A DNA stretch of 62,916 nucleotides, counting the filler, from Octopus bimaculoides (Eukaryota): the NCBI RefSeq assembly GCF_001194135.2. It is 6 parts of 6 records of this genome, joined end to end, with 100 filler letters (N's around TTAATTAATTAA, not from the genome) between each part and the next. Parts side by side here need not be neighbours in the genome. Positions count along the whole stretch, not along the records: positions 1 to 25,827 come from NC_068982.1; 5 more parts are not named here. One strand, 5' to 3'. The notes under the pieces are model-generated. The model made no database searches. It was given only the letters and a program-made list of their open reading frames with translations, and was not told the origin of the DNA. Position 1 is the stretch's first letter, and every line of letters begins with the position of its first letter. A program made the position numbers and the translations under genes. Positions 1-13,210 of this stretch are shown here, piece by piece.

Positions 1-202
1 TATGCAATCACCATGCTTGATTGCTAAATCCACAAATTTATTATTTTTCTTTCTGTTTATTTTCTCTTATTCCTTTCTGTTGAAGACCTTAGGCTCGAAA
101 TGTAAAAGACTTTCTGACTTTCCCGAATATCAGACTAATATAATTGTTTGTTGTTCATACATCTGTCTTTGTCTTTTGATTTTCTGTAAATTTCAACTAT
201 AT

Positions 203-205
<3 letters not shown>
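1..205 (+). mobile_element. Penelope-like element terminal repeat (pLTR/3' end) fragment, copy 1
   Basis: Aligns by eye with 26128-26360(-), 60335-60530(-) and 62550-62775(+). Shared core TTTCTGTTGAAGAnCnTAGGCTCGAAAnGTAAAAGACTTT, ending in a (TA)n/(CA)n tract. The 26 kb copy lies directly downstream of a GIY-YIG domain. Confidence 0.7.
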
Positions 206-243
<38 letters not shown>

Positions 244-712
244 TGTATGCATGTGTATATATATGCACAACTGGATATGTCATTCAATTTCCACCTCAGG
301 ACCCCACCACCATCCATTATCTCTCTAATCGTAGATTTTCCTTGATACCATTAATTTTTCTCACTGTCTGGAACTTTTTCACTTGATACCCATCCTTCAT
401 CATTAACAATGTCATCTCTGCCCACATTTTGCATTGATCACCCCTCTGAGACACCAAATTATCTTTCCTTCTCCATCATTATATGATTCTTACTCTCTCC
501 TTGTTCTATGCCTACCTCTCTCTCCTTCTCTTGCCTCACTCTTACAATTTATCAAACCAAACATTATCTCTCTCTCTCTCGTACACTCACTCTCTCTCGT
601 ACACTCACTCTCTCTCATCCTTCCTCTGTCTACTGTATCATCATTACTACTATGCTGCAGTTTACCCCACGCATTGTTGGTTACCGCCTACTCATGATTG
701 ACCCTTCATTAC

Positions 713-954
713 GATTACAGGAAAGTTCACCACGAGCAAAGTTTACCCGGAAAATATATCCATAATATCTCACCATTAATAGTTAAAAACTATTTTATTG
801 AACAAAAATGGTGAATTGATGATGGTGAACTTTCCTTGTAGTGAACTGATGATGGTGAACTTTCCCTGCGAAGACAGTGAACATACCCTGCAGTGAACCG
901 ATGATGGCGAACTTTCCCTGTAGTGAATTGATGGTGGTGAACTTACCGGACATG
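713..954. mobile_element. 242-bp MITE with 9-bp TSD (MULE-like) and internal 30-bp tandem repeats
   Basis: Direct repeat CTTCATTAC at 704-712 and 955-963. Imperfect 19-bp TIR (GATTACAGGAAAGTTCACC vs reverse complement CATGTCCGGTAAGTTCACC, 14/19). About 4 copies of a 30-bp unit GATGATGGTGAACTTTCCCTGTAGTGAACT at 808-950. Confidence 0.65.
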
Positions 955-1216
955 CTTCATTACATCCATCCTTAAGTCCTATCCAATCTCTTTAGTTGTC
1001 ACCTGCTCTTCCCGACCTCCCTTACTTTATCATTCCTCCCCTCTTAGTTTTCATTCATTATATTTACACCCTGTCACCCTTTTCCCATCTCTCTCACTCT
1101 CCCATACACTCCTGCAACCTCAACCAAGAAACAGATACCAGTTTACATGATTACCACTGGCAGATCATTTTCAGTGTGACTGGATACAAGTCCCAGTTAT
1201 TTAAGGTCCCATATCA

Positions 1217-1390
1217 GTATTTCGTCTGCTGCTACGTTCTGAGTTCAAATTCCGCCAAGGTTGACTTTGCCTTTCATCCTTTCGGGGTCGATAAATTAAG
1301 TACCAGTTACGCACTGGGGTCGATGTAATCGGCTTGTCTGTCCTTGTTTGTCTCCTCTATGTTTAGCTCCTTGTGGGCAATAAAGAAATA
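1217..1390 (+). mobile_element. SINE family B (tRNA-like head, Meta-like central domain), 5'-truncated copy
   Basis: B-box-like GAGTTCAAATTCC, central GCCTTTCATCCTTTCGGGGTCGATAAATTAAGTACCAG, tail GTGGGCAATAAAGAAATA. More than 12 related copies occur in the window. Confidence 0.85.
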
Positions 1391-2410
1391 AGAAAAGAAC
1401 AGAGTGGTCATTGCTGGAATGTGATTGATCATGTAAGCTAAATGGGATTGTTTATCATCATCATCATCATCATCATTATCGTCATCATTTGTCTGTTTTC
1501 CATGGTGGCATGGGTCTATGGATATCTGAATTCAATCACCAAGTGGTGAAAACTAGGCAATAAAGCCAAGTTAACAGTAAATGACCTTTAGCTGTTTTTA
1601 GTAACTGGATTGTGGTCATGTTGGGGCATCACCTTTATGGATGTCCTTAATTAAATCTACTCTCCAGCAAGTACTCGTAGACCAATATTTATTTTCACCA
1701 ATCTCAAGAGGATAAAACTCCAACATTTACCTGGACAGGATTTGAAATTTTCAGTGTAAACTGACATAACTAAATGTCACAAAGTACTTAGTCTGATGCT
1801 CAACCAAATCTGCAATCCACCAGACAATTAAATATTGACTGCTAACACAAGAACAAGGCCAGTGCATGACAAGTTACTTACTTTAACATTCCAAAGAGGC
1901 AGAGCTAAACTTTGGCAGTATTTAAATTCAAGATGAAAAGGAACACAACTAAATAACCATAGTACATTTTGTCTGATGCTCCAGCGATTCTACCAGCCTA
2001 CCAGCTAAATAATTCATATATTGATTCTATCATTAATTAATTCATATATTCTATCATACATTACATAACCATTCATGGATATTCCTGTATTTCTTTCTCC
2101 AATCACAATTTTTTTCTATTTTTTTTTTTTGTATTGACTAAAGCTATTTAGAAAAAGAGAACATACCAGCTCCTCACCTCTGTTAAACATGATCTAATAA
2201 AGAAACTTCAATATTGTCCCTCCCGAAATGCTAGAAATCACATCCACACTGTCTTAGAAAACGAAGGACACATTGGATGATGTAGTCTTAGATATACTAT
2301 TCCACCCCCACCCCCACCCTCCCAAAAAAGGAAAGACAAAATAGTCACAAGAGGATTTGATCAATCAAGGTTGGCCAGGGATTTAACTACAACATTAGGC
2401 TACTGATAAC

Positions 2411-2540
2411 ATTTTCTAAGCCATCTTAATGAATTGTAAGTCATCTTAATAAATTCTAAGCCTTCTTAATAAAATTTAAACCATCTTAATAAGTTCTAAG
2501 CTGTCTTGATAAATTCTAAAACTTCTTAATAAATTCTAAG
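2411..2540. repeat. 20-bp minisatellite (about 6.5 units, consensus CCATCTTAATAAATTCTAAG)
   Basis: Six in-register 20-bp units at 2421-2540 plus a partial unit. Confidence 0.9.
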
Positions 2541-2749
2541 CGATTTACTAAATCAGATTACTGTACTATTGTTAGTCTCCATAAAGTTACACTGTTACTT
2601 AAAACATTAATTTATGTAAGTTACTTGCATGTGAAGAAGAGATACATCAGAGAGACATTTGGTTATATAAGATCCTTCAAATATAATTTATTTGAATCCA
2701 TTCCTGACTGTATTTTGAATAAGTACACTGCATAATTACACTCATTTGT

Positions 2750-3140
2750 TTTATCTTTAACGTGTTTTGGTCATTAGACCGTGGCCACGCTGGGGCACCG
2801 GCTTCAAGAATTTTTAGTTGAATGAATCAACCCCAGTAGTTAAATCTTTTTAAGCTTGGTACTTATTCTATCATTCTCTTTTGTTGAGCTGCTAAGTTAT
2901 GGGGATGTAAATACACCAAGCAGTGGTGGTGGTGGTGGTGGGAACAAACACCGACACAAAGACACACACACATACATAGATTCACATATATATATATATA
3001 CGACAAGCTTCTTTTAGTTTCTGTCTGCCAAATCCACTCACAAGGCTTTGTTCGGCATGGGGCTATAGTAGAAGACTATGCAGTGGGACTGAACCTGGAA
3101 CTATGTGGTTGAGAAACAAACTTTTTATCACAAAGCCTTG
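2750..3140 (-). mobile_element. SINE family A (tRNA-like head, internal (CA)/(TA) microsatellite, GTAAAAGA tail), diverged copy
   Basis: Reverse complement matches the family A head (GGTTCAGTCCCACTGC...TTCTACTATAGCCCC) and tail (GCATGGCC...ATGAC...AAA). Confidence 0.8.
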
Positions 3141-5390
3141 CTCAACATCCTTTTTTACATGCTAGCATGGGTTAGCATTTTACAACCAGACGATCTTCCT
3201 ATTGTCAACTGCTACCCATTTCCCAACACTGTCATGGTTCAACCAATCTAAAAACATGGACTAATAACTTATTAACCCCAGAAGGATAACAGCAAAGTTG
3301 GCCTCAGTGGGTCTTGAACTTAGAATGTAAAGAGCTACAACAGATTTTACAGGTCATTTTAACCAACAGTCTAACAATTTTGCCAGATTCCCACCTTTCT
3401 CTTGGACATCATTGATATCGTGGAGGGGAAATTTGCTGCAGGGGAAATGTCAAAACTCACTTAAAAAGAAAAAAAAAAAAAGAAGACCCCTGGGCTTCTT
3501 CTAGGAGAAAAAACATTCCAGAGGCAGTTGCATGGTCAACTCTGACCAATGGAGGCTTTAGATAAGTTGGAAAGGTCATGAATGGAAGACTTTTATCACA
3601 GGTTTGTTTGATCAGAACAACAACATTAATATCATCATCAACAACAACAACAACAACAAAAACACCAACAACAACTACCACCATTATGCTGAAAGTAACT
3701 TTATGAGTAGAGTAACAATATTCCTTAGGGACAAAGCTTTTGTTGTTGCCCCTTTGAACTGTCCTATCTTCTATGGCATTATCTGATGCATTGATGTAAT
3801 TCCTGTTTCAATGAGGTAACCAGAAAGATGTTCAGAAATCACTGATTCTATAAATATGGAATGTTTAACATAACATAATTATTTATGTAGAACAAACCTA
3901 TTTTTTAAAACCAGATTTCTAAACCTAAATATTAGGGATGGATATAGTATGTGAAAACTAAATGTTACTCATTTTGTCATAGTTGAGTGTGTCACCATGG
4001 TTGAGATGACAAAATGGAAGTAATTTCATTGTATTGGTTGTTAAAGCCAACTGATGTGTGAAGAAGAGTTAAAATCATGATACTACATTTTTCTATGATA
4101 GTAGAAATTTATTAAATATTGGTCCGTGGATTTATTACTGTGAAATTACTACACAAAGCAGAATATAATACTTTCATTATTGCAAATACTATTTGAGTTA
4201 TTTAATGCAAAATTTAAATTGATAAATAATCAATAAATTAATTTAAATTAATTAATAATCAATAAAGATTATTCATAAATATTGTCATTATCAAAATATA
4301 AATATAAATTTAAAAAAAAAAAAAAAACTCCTAAAACTTTTATTCCCAAAATTCTGTAATTATTATCATAATGAACCATCACTATAAATTTTTCTATTGA
4401 AACAACAAAAGTATTTTATAATGAAAGTATTTATGTGAAAATGTTTACATTCTGTATTATGTCTTTTAAACTTGTTCAGTCTGATAGGATTTCAACAGGC
4501 TGTCTTCACAGAAGACGCACTTTTTATAGATTACACCAGTTCAAAATTTGTTTATTGTTTTGAGGATATGTGAATATTTTCAAAATATTTTAGATAGCAA
4601 TTATAATAAATCTGACTAAACACACCTTTTTTTCCCCATACATCATAATATAAGATGAATAAATAACAAATAAATAAATAGATAAATAAATAAATAAATA
4701 AAATCTGTGTACATTATACACGAGTGATAGTTACTGGGATTTCATAGCAAATGACCAGTAATGCTCATTATATGCAAGTCTGCAGTATATATGAATAAAT
4801 ATGGTATCTACAATAAGATGACATTGAGAATAATGAATACTACTAAAGTATTAAAAACTATATCATCTCACTAATAACATGATTTTCACCAAGAAAAAGA
4901 AAAAAAAAAACCAAAGTCATTTTTAAAATACAGTTGTTAGTGTAGTTGTTGTTTTGTTCAGTCCCAGGTCAATCCTCACCAAACAGATCAAAACATTCGT
5001 CTCTCTACCAATATTTTGAAAACATAGCAGAACTTAATACATTTAATGTAAAAACATTTTTACATTATGTTCTTCTATTTCGGTGAGTCCTCTCAAAATA
5101 CAACGGAATGCATTAGCATCTTTAATGTCGCACTTTTGCTTTCTCAATCTTAGCTACGAGTATTCGGTTCTGTTTACCACTAACCAAACTTTCATCAAGA
5201 GATGACTAGCTGAATAAATGTAATATCCCAAGATACAGTGATATAGTCACTAAAATTAGATATATACATACATAAGGTCAAATATTAATTATAGATGCAG
5301 GCATATAAACAGATATTCATGATTATTATACTTGATCAAAACTGACTAGCTTTATAGTGTTAATATACATACATACAAACATATGTGTGC

Positions 5391-5424
<34 letters not shown>

Positions 5425-5896
5425 GTGTGTGTATGTATGTGTATGTATACATATATGTGTGTGTGCGTGTGTATTACATATATATGCGTGTTCAAGTTTA
5501 GCATTGCAGATTAAATGGCTGAGTTGAATGTAGTATCTAAAAGCGTACAGATACAATAATGCAGATTTTGATGAAGTCAGTGAAAAAGGTATATTTATGC
5601 TGTATTATTACAGAAACAAATTTAATGTAACCAAACAAAGATTTTAAGCTCAGAGCCTCAAGGCTCTGTGTTCAAAACCTGCTTTTAGTTGACTGGAATT
5701 TCTTCTTTGCAGATTCAATAAATGAAATATTGCAGGTTTTTACTGATCTGCCTGTATTTTATAACCATAAGTATAATACAAGCATGTCAAACATTTTTTA
5801 CAAACTCACACATTAGGAAAACTATTTGCATACAAACACATGCACATATACATGTACGACAACTATACATACATACATACAATCATACATACATCA

Positions 5897-6121
5897 TATT
5901 TCTTTATTGCCCACAAGGGGCTAAACATAGAGGGGATAAATAAGGACAGACAAGGGGAGTAAGTCGATTACATTGACCCCAGTGCGTAACTGGTACTTAA
6001 TTTATTGACCCTGAAAGGATGAAAGGCAAAGTCGACCTCGGAATTTGAACTCAGGACGTAATGGCAGATGAAATACCACTAAGCATTTCACCCAGCATTC
6101 TAATGTTTCTGCCATCTCGCC
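5897..6121 (-). mobile_element. SINE family B, full-length copy
   Basis: Head GGCGAGATGGCAGAAACATTAG, B-box GAGTTCAAATTCC, central domain and AATAAAGAAATA tail are all present. Confidence 0.85.
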
Positions 6122-6154
6122 ACCGTCATGACATACATACATACATCATCGGGT

Positions 6155-6405
6155 TCATCATCATCAACATCATTTCAACATCCACTTTTCCATGTTTGCA
6201 TGACTCAGGCATCATTTGTTGGGGCACGTTGTCTATGGCTCGATGCCTGCCCTGCTGTGAACCCTCACCAGTTTCCAAATAAGGTAATATTTTATCAATG
6301 ATCAGACATGTTTTCACAGAAGATTGGAAATGAAAGACACAGTTTGCACAATGGTGACATTTATTTACAACTATCAGATGATGTCAAGGTAAGGACATAG
6401 TAAAC

Positions 6406-6410
<5 letters not shown>
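6155..6410 (-). mobile_element. Retroposon 3' end with (GAT)n tail (family C, RTE-like tail), variant copy
   Basis: (CAT)n followed by TTCAACATCCACTTTTCCATG, the reverse complement of the CATGGAAAAnnGGAnGTTAAATGATGATG terminus seen in the other family C copies. Confidence 0.55.
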
Positions 6411-6437
<27 letters not shown>

Positions 6438-6471
6438 TATATACAAAGGGTTTCTTCCAGTTTCTGCCTAC

Positions 6472-6590
6472 TTTGCTTTTCATCCTTTTGGGGTTGATAA
6501 AATAAGTACTGACTGAGCACTGGGGTTGATGTAATTAACTGGCCCCTCCTCTAAAAATTCAGGCCTTGTGCCTATAATAGAAAAGATTTC
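6472..6590 (+). mobile_element. SINE family B, 3' half (AGGCCTTGTGCCTAT tail subtype)
   Basis: CTTTGCTTTTCATCCTTTTGGGGTTGATAAAATAAGTAC central domain plus the alternative tail. Confidence 0.75.
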
Positions 6591-6739
6591 TTTTTTCAAA
6601 GTGGTGGGCACGAAGAATCGTTAGCAAGCCAAACAAACTGCTGGGGTCGATGTAATCCTCTGTCACCTCCCTTCAAATTTACTGGCCTTGTTCCAAAACT
6701 TAGAAACACACACACACACATACATACACATACATGAAT

Positions 6740-6900
6740 GACAAGCTTCTTTTAGTTTCCATCTAGCAAATTTACTCATAAGGTTTTGGTTGACTTCAGG
6801 CTATAGTAGAAGACAATTGCCCAAGTTCCACACAGTGGGACTGAACCCAGAACCCTGTGGTTGGGAAGCCAGCTTCTTACCACACAGCCATGACTGTACC
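6740..6900 (-). mobile_element. SINE family A, head half
   Basis: Reverse complement GGCTGTGTGGTAAGAAGCTGGCTTCCCAACCACAGGGTTCTGGGTTCAGTCCC carries A-box and B-box-like motifs. Confidence 0.8.
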
Positions 6901-8234
6901 ATATACATGTATGTATATATATGTTTGTGTGTTTGCGTAATGTGGGTGCATGTGTGCATACAACTCTATATTTGATAACAGGAGCATTTAATTAGTTAAT
7001 TGTTTCAGTCATGGGATCTAAATTCTAATCAGAGGCAGAATATATAATTAAAATGGCTCCCTTATGCAACTGCATAAATTCTTTTATTTTAAACTTTCAA
7101 TGTTATGGAAATGTATTTAAGCTACTTTCAAACATAAAGATCTATACATGAGGATTTAACATGGAGGAGAATGAAAACAACTCTTTTTTATTTTCACTTT
7201 TGAATACCAAACAAAACTTTATGAGATGTTATATATTATAATAGCCTTTTCTTGTAGGAGAGCTGTCAGTTTTCTTCAAGATTAGAAAACACAAATACAA
7301 ATGCACACACACACACGTGTGTGTGTGTATATGCATGTATGTTTATATATAAATACATAAACATATATGTTCATATATATATATATGCGTGTGTGTGTGT
7401 GTGTTTAATATATGTATGCATGTATTTATATGAAAGTGACCTCAAAGAGTTTTAGCACAAAGTACCATAAAAACAGGCAAAGTGAATGCAGCTATGGTTA
7501 AGCAATGTATCAGAATGGCAAGTTAAAAAGATTGGAATTAGATAAAACAAAACTAAACCAAACCAAACAAAACAAACAAATAAATGAAAATAAAAAAACA
7601 AAATAGATGAAGAAAATGGTTGGTTAGAGACATTTATACTGATTCCAAAGTCATCTATAAAGCTGATATTAGTAAATATTGCATTATAAGAAACAAAAAA
7701 AATCAGTGAGATGGAACATTTTTGAATAAATGTTAAAGTTAGAAAATATGAACAAAACATAGAAAAACACTCTAAAAAAAGGGAGGGGGAATAAAATAAC
7801 AAAAACAAACAAGACAAAAATATATTGGCTATTAGTAGTTTTGAAAACACTGTAAACGGTATGTAAATAAATATACATGGCTACTTCAGACAATTTAAAG
7901 AAACTAACTGATAGACACATTTTCTGTACCCTTTGATCGATTAAGTTTTCCAAAATTACAAATATTGTATAAAAAAGACTTTGAATTGTTGTACATCTAA
8001 GAAAAACATCAAGTGATATCACTTTGAATTTGTGAACATTTTATAATTTGATATATTACATTCATGCAGGAGCAAATGTGGTTGCATGGTTTTAGGTTCA
8101 GTCCTACAAGTGTCTTGTACAAACCCTGGGCCAATCAAAGCCTTGTGAGTGGATTTAGTAGACAGAAACTGAAAAAGCCCAATGTATATACATATGTATG
8201 TGTGTGTGTGTGTGTACATATATATATATATGAG

Positions 8235-8437
8235 ATGCAGCACAGAATTTTGTCAGTGAACAGGTCACAATCTCAAAGCAACGAAAATATTTTGACAAAT
8301 TAAATTTAAATGTTGAAGTGAATCTAACGGTTTTTGTGTGTTATTTTAATGGCTTATAAACATCTTCCACACTGCAATTGTTTTCGTTTTAGCACACAAT
8401 CTCAGATCAGGTCACTTGCTATGCAAGTACATCTCCG

Positions 8438-8440
<3 letters not shown>
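8235..8440. repeat. Unclassified dispersed repeat also present at 55690-55850 (opposite strand) and 56190-56240
   Basis: Shared blocks include AACGGTTTTTGTGTGTT, GACGAAAATATTTTGA and AATCTCAGATCAnGTCACTTGCTATGCAAGTACATCT. Confidence 0.7.
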
Positions 8441-8489
<49 letters not shown>

Positions 8490-8917
8490 TTAGCAGTTGA
8501 AATATATGACAAACATATTTCAACCAAAACTAAATCTCTTTTTGTTGATTTGGTTAGTTAGAGAACACTGTACCAAGTTTTAAGTCCTTTACCATTATCA
8601 ACTACATGGAAAACAAGAGAGACTCAATGATATTTAACTTGCTCACAATAGCAACCACATTTCGCAGAAATCACATCTAACATCTCAGAAAAAAACGAAG
8701 GGTACACTGGATAATGTTAAAATAAAAAATGGGATAATCATGCATAGGACATCTTGATCGTAAGTCTTCTTAACCAGGGTCAAAATGGGGTTAAACCATA
8801 AAAAAATATAGAGGAAGTTACATCTATACAGCATGGGTTAATGTGAGCTACATATTAACTATAGGCAAGAGTGGGTAGCTGAATGGTATAAACAAAACAT
8901 TCTAATTTATGTCTTAA

Positions 8918-9207
8918 CCCATTACCTCCCATAATTCTATTAACTGGAATTTTTTTATGAAACTTTGATTTCTAGCATAAAACAGCCTTAGAAACACGCT
9001 GGAATGACCAAAATAACATTTCAAAATAACATTTTAAATAGAAATAAGCAAGATATTGGGTGAAAAATTAGCAAACCTCATTTGAATATCAGAGAAATAT
9101 ACCTAGTAGATATAGCAAAAAGGTTAGATATGTGTAAATATTGACAGATAATTACGAAATTTGAAATTTTTAAGTGATCTCATATGAGATCACTGGTAGG
9201 TAATAGG
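8918..9207. mobile_element. 290-bp piggyBac-like MITE
   Basis: TTAA at 8914-8917 and 9208-9211. Termini TTAA-CCCATTACCTCCCA and reverse complement TTAA-CCTATTACCTACCA match 16/18. Perfect 22-bp palindrome AGTGATCTCATATGAGATCACT at about 9173-9194. Confidence 0.8.
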
Positions 9208-12200
9208 TTAATTAGTGGTATTCTAATGGTTTCTAAGCTCTACATTTGATGATACTAAAATTACAATACACACACATTGAGTTGATATCACTATGATTTA
9301 TAATAGATACGTTGCTTGAGAGGTTAAGGTGAGAGAATATTGAGCAATTGTTTCTGACAAAAAAAAAAAAAAGACAATTGTTCCAATAAAAACTGTCTCA
9401 ACCATGAAGAGTAAATGAATGTAAAAACAAAATGGAAACCAAAAAAAAAAAAAAAAAAAAAAAGGAAAAGTAAGACAGATCCTGAATGTACCAGTTCTTA
9501 TCTCGATTAAAGCATGTAGTAAAAAAGTGAAATAAATAAGTAATTAACAAGATTCAGCAAAAATGTAAATGGATTTCCAGTAGTGAGAGTAGCAGTGGCA
9601 TTTCATGAAAGATGCATCGACTGACTGTGAAAAAGGATTCATTCTGGATCCTGGTTAGAAATTGTCCCACATGAATATAATCAATATAGCTGAAGCACTC
9701 AAAGCTGCTTACATTATTAACTGATTGAATCTTACTTTGTTTAACGAGCTGGCATTAGTTGTGACTATAAAATTCCCATGTGGAAAGTGACCAGTCCATT
9801 ATCAAGGAACAGTAATGAAATGTTGCGAAATATAACAGCTTGCCACTATTTCATAATTAAAATGGCAGTTGGTTAGTATTCTATTGAAATGGTCGGCATA
9901 ATTGGCAGTAAATTGAAACCAGTACATAAGCATGAAGTAACTGAGGCAAATTGTGCTGAAACAAAAAGTAACTACAATTAACTAACTGTTTGAAATGTCC
10001 CTTAAGTCACAGAAGTGGATTAGTCACTAAAATTTCATCATGTGTCTTTATTATTATTATGAAACAAGTCATTTTTAATCATGATAATGGAAAATAAAAA
10101 AGTATTTAGATGTCGTAATAATCTAAGAAACGCTTCAACTGAATTTCTTTTTTTTATTTTTTTATTTAACAACAACAAAGCTTTTTAATTCAATGGAAGA
10201 ACTTTCAAAGATTAATCCTTGAGATCCAGATCAAAAGAGAACTTAGTAACAGCTAACAATTAAGCAAATAGCATAGTAAAATATTTTTTTCTTAAAGCCA
10301 TTACAGATGAATTAAAATGATTGCCCTAAAATACGTAATGTAACTTCAAAATATATCTAAATTTAAGAAAGTCAATCTTTCCTAGTTCTTATTTTATATC
10401 AAGTGAAAGATAAATAGTAGAAAGGAACTTGGTTCGTTAGTAAACATTCAATCAACAACTAGAGAATTTATCATCATCGTCATCATCATCATTTGAACGT
10501 CCGCTTTTCCATGCTTGTACTGGTCTTGATTGAAATTCTAGAACAGTTTAGAAGAGAATCTCATCAAGTTGTTGTAGCTATTACAGAATCTCTCCAACAA
10601 ATGTTCCCAGCAGTTAAAATTTGGGGGTTATTTGACAGTTCAGCACCAAATTAATTATGCAATGTCAAGGGCACAGATCACAGTCAAAGAGTTTGGGCTC
10701 ATTTTCTTTCAATTATAATGAAGGTTTACATTTGAAAGAGGTGGAGGCAATTAACTCTCACCTCCACCCCAAATAGTAGACTGGTATTTACCAGAAGAGT
10801 GAGAACAAATCAATCCAAGTGGGATTTGAACTTTAAACACAACAGGACATAATTAGATACTGCAAGACATGTTGTCTGGTGTCCCTATTGATTCAACTAC
10901 TCCTCTCCAGCCTAGGTTTTTGTTTTTCCAATTATGATTAATAAAGTTGTTCAGTAATTAATTTCCAGAAACATGAGGGGGGAAAAAAATTAAGAAAAAC
11001 TATCTCTCTCAAGTAGCATCTGAACTGATAGTTAGTTAAATTAATTAACAATTACATCCATATTTGGACATTTCTCAATATTTGTTGGAGACAAACCCCT
11101 CCTGAATCAAAGAAAATCTAATAAAACCAGTTTAGAAACAGATTAAAGTGGGTTTTGTACAGTTTTGCTTTTTTTTTTAACGAAAGTTTCATTAAAAATG
11201 TGCGCAGAAAATAACAAACAAAATATCTATTTGAAATAACGTCAAAAAGAAAGAAGTCAATCATAATAGCATACTTAATTTTCACTAACATCAGTCTTTT
11301 TCCTTCTATTCTAAGACATAATGAAATTAAATTGAGAAAGACAAACAAAGAAGCTTCTATGTCGTCTCATTTGGTCAGTCAAGTTTCTCAATTATAACAC
11401 TATTTCAAACCTACAAACTTTGTCTTCATATTTGTATTCTTTATTCAATTACTTTACAACCAAAAGCTACAGAACTACCAGAAACAGACATGCATGTAGA
11501 CACACATTCATAGAGGCAGAGAAAATGGTTAAGAAAGCTAGTGTCTGTTACGTTTGCTTGTTGGTTGTCTAAACAATATGTGGTTTTCATGTAGTTCTAC
11601 TTTTTGAATAAAGAACTGTTTGGTTTATGAATCTGTCACTTTAATAATGGATTGACTTTGGAATTATTCCATCATCCTTCATAATGACTAATTATGCATC
11701 AAAGAAGATGAAACTCTCATCAAGAGGAACATCCAACCATTAATCTTTATAGTCAACAAGTTTCTGTGGAATAGATGGGAATAAAAAGACTTTCCAACAT
11801 CATCCTAAGACATAGCATTATGCTGCACATATGTAAATGTTTGTAGAGAGAAATGTAACCCACATAAAAGAAAACTGGATAGTAGGTGACAGACAAAGTG
11901 TGTATGTGTATGTGTATGTGTGTGTGCGCATGGGTGTGTATGCATGGGTGTGTATGTGAGCGTGTGTGCATGTGCATATGAATCTCTGTGTGTGTGCATG
12001 CAGGTGTGTGTGTGTGCATGCAGGTATGTGTGTGCATGTGTGTATGTGAGCATGTATGTATGTGCATATGAATGTGTGTGTGCGTGTATGTATGGGTGTG
12101 TTTGCGAGATTTTTTTAATTTTTATTTTTCTTTATTGCTTACAAGGGGCCAACACAACGGGGATGGGTGTGTATGTGAGCATGTGTGTGCATGTGTATAC

Positions 12201-12284
12201 GAATGTATGTGCATGCATATATGTGTGTGCATGCGTGCATGTGTGAGTGTGTTCAAAAATTCCCTTCATTGCATATGAAGTTTA

Positions 12285-12650
12285 ATAAACACCTTGCCCA
12301 TGCTATATAAAAATCACCTGCACTAATGCCAGTAAAAGGCACTTGTACCGATACCACATAGCAAGCAACCATGCCAACTCTATGTAAAAGGTACTTGTGC
12401 CAGTGCCACATGAAAAGCACCCAAGTTGGTGTCACATAAAAAGCACCCAGTACACTCTGTAAAGTGGCTGGCATTCCAAAGGGCATCCAGCCATGGAAAC
12501 CATGCCAGAATAGACAATTGGAGCCTGGTGCAGCTGTTCAGTTTATCAGCTTCTTTCAAGCCATTCAACCCATGCCAGCATAGAAAACCGATGTTAAATG
12601 ATGATGATGATGATGATAATGATGATGATGATGACAATAATGATGATGGT
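12285..12650 (+). mobile_element. Family C retroposon (RTE-like 3' tail, (GAT)n) with degenerate internal tandem repeats
   Basis: AAGGGCATCCAGC...CAACCCATGCCAGCATAGAAAACCGATGTTAAATGATGATG. Upstream are degenerate copies of the 26-bp unit seen at 14993-15122. Confidence 0.75.
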
Positions 12651-12799
12651 GAACTGAGCACTAAAGTTGCTGCTACCACCACTAACATTTTAATCCACAC
12701 TTGTGTGGGTCAGACAGAATTTATTGAGGCAGATTTTCATTGGTTGGTTGTTCTTCCTGTTGCCAACTTCCTAGCAACATGACCATGAAGACAGGGTGA

Positions 12800-13009
12800 A
12801 AGAGAGAGAGAGAGAGAGAGGGGGGAGACTGAGAGAGAGCAACAGACAGACACAAACAGAGAGGCACAGAGTCAGAGAGGGAGAATGAGAGAGAGAGAGA
12901 GAGAGAGAGGGAGGGAAGGAGATACAGTGACTGAAAGAGATAGAGAGAGACAGTGTCAGAGAGGAAGAAAGTGAGACAGATATAGGGGAAGGAGGGAGAG
13001 ACAGAGACT

Positions 13010-13041
<32 letters not shown>

Positions 13042-13210
13042 CAGACAGACAGAGAGGCACAGAGTCAGAGAGGGAGAAAAAAAGACAGAGAGAGAATGAA
13101 GGAAAGAGAGACAGTGATTGAGAGAGAGAGAGGGGGGAGATAGAAGGAGAGAGAGAGAGATGGACAGAGATAGAAACAGAGACAGAGATAGAGAGAGAGA
13201 AGGAGGGTGA
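12800..13210. repeat. (GA)n-rich polypurine tract
   Basis: About 400 bp almost entirely GAGA/GACA. It accounts for the SLSL-rich ORF 12721-13413. Confidence 0.9.

Noticed and set aside
808-950. Second CRISPR-like 30-bp periodic repeat
   Set aside because: Tandem units without spacers, internal to a MITE.
10519-10655. Protein-like plus-strand frame (EILEQFRRESHQVVVAITESLQQMFPAVKIWGLFDSSAPN)
   Set aside because: No partner exons or recognisable family, and the length is within chance expectation.
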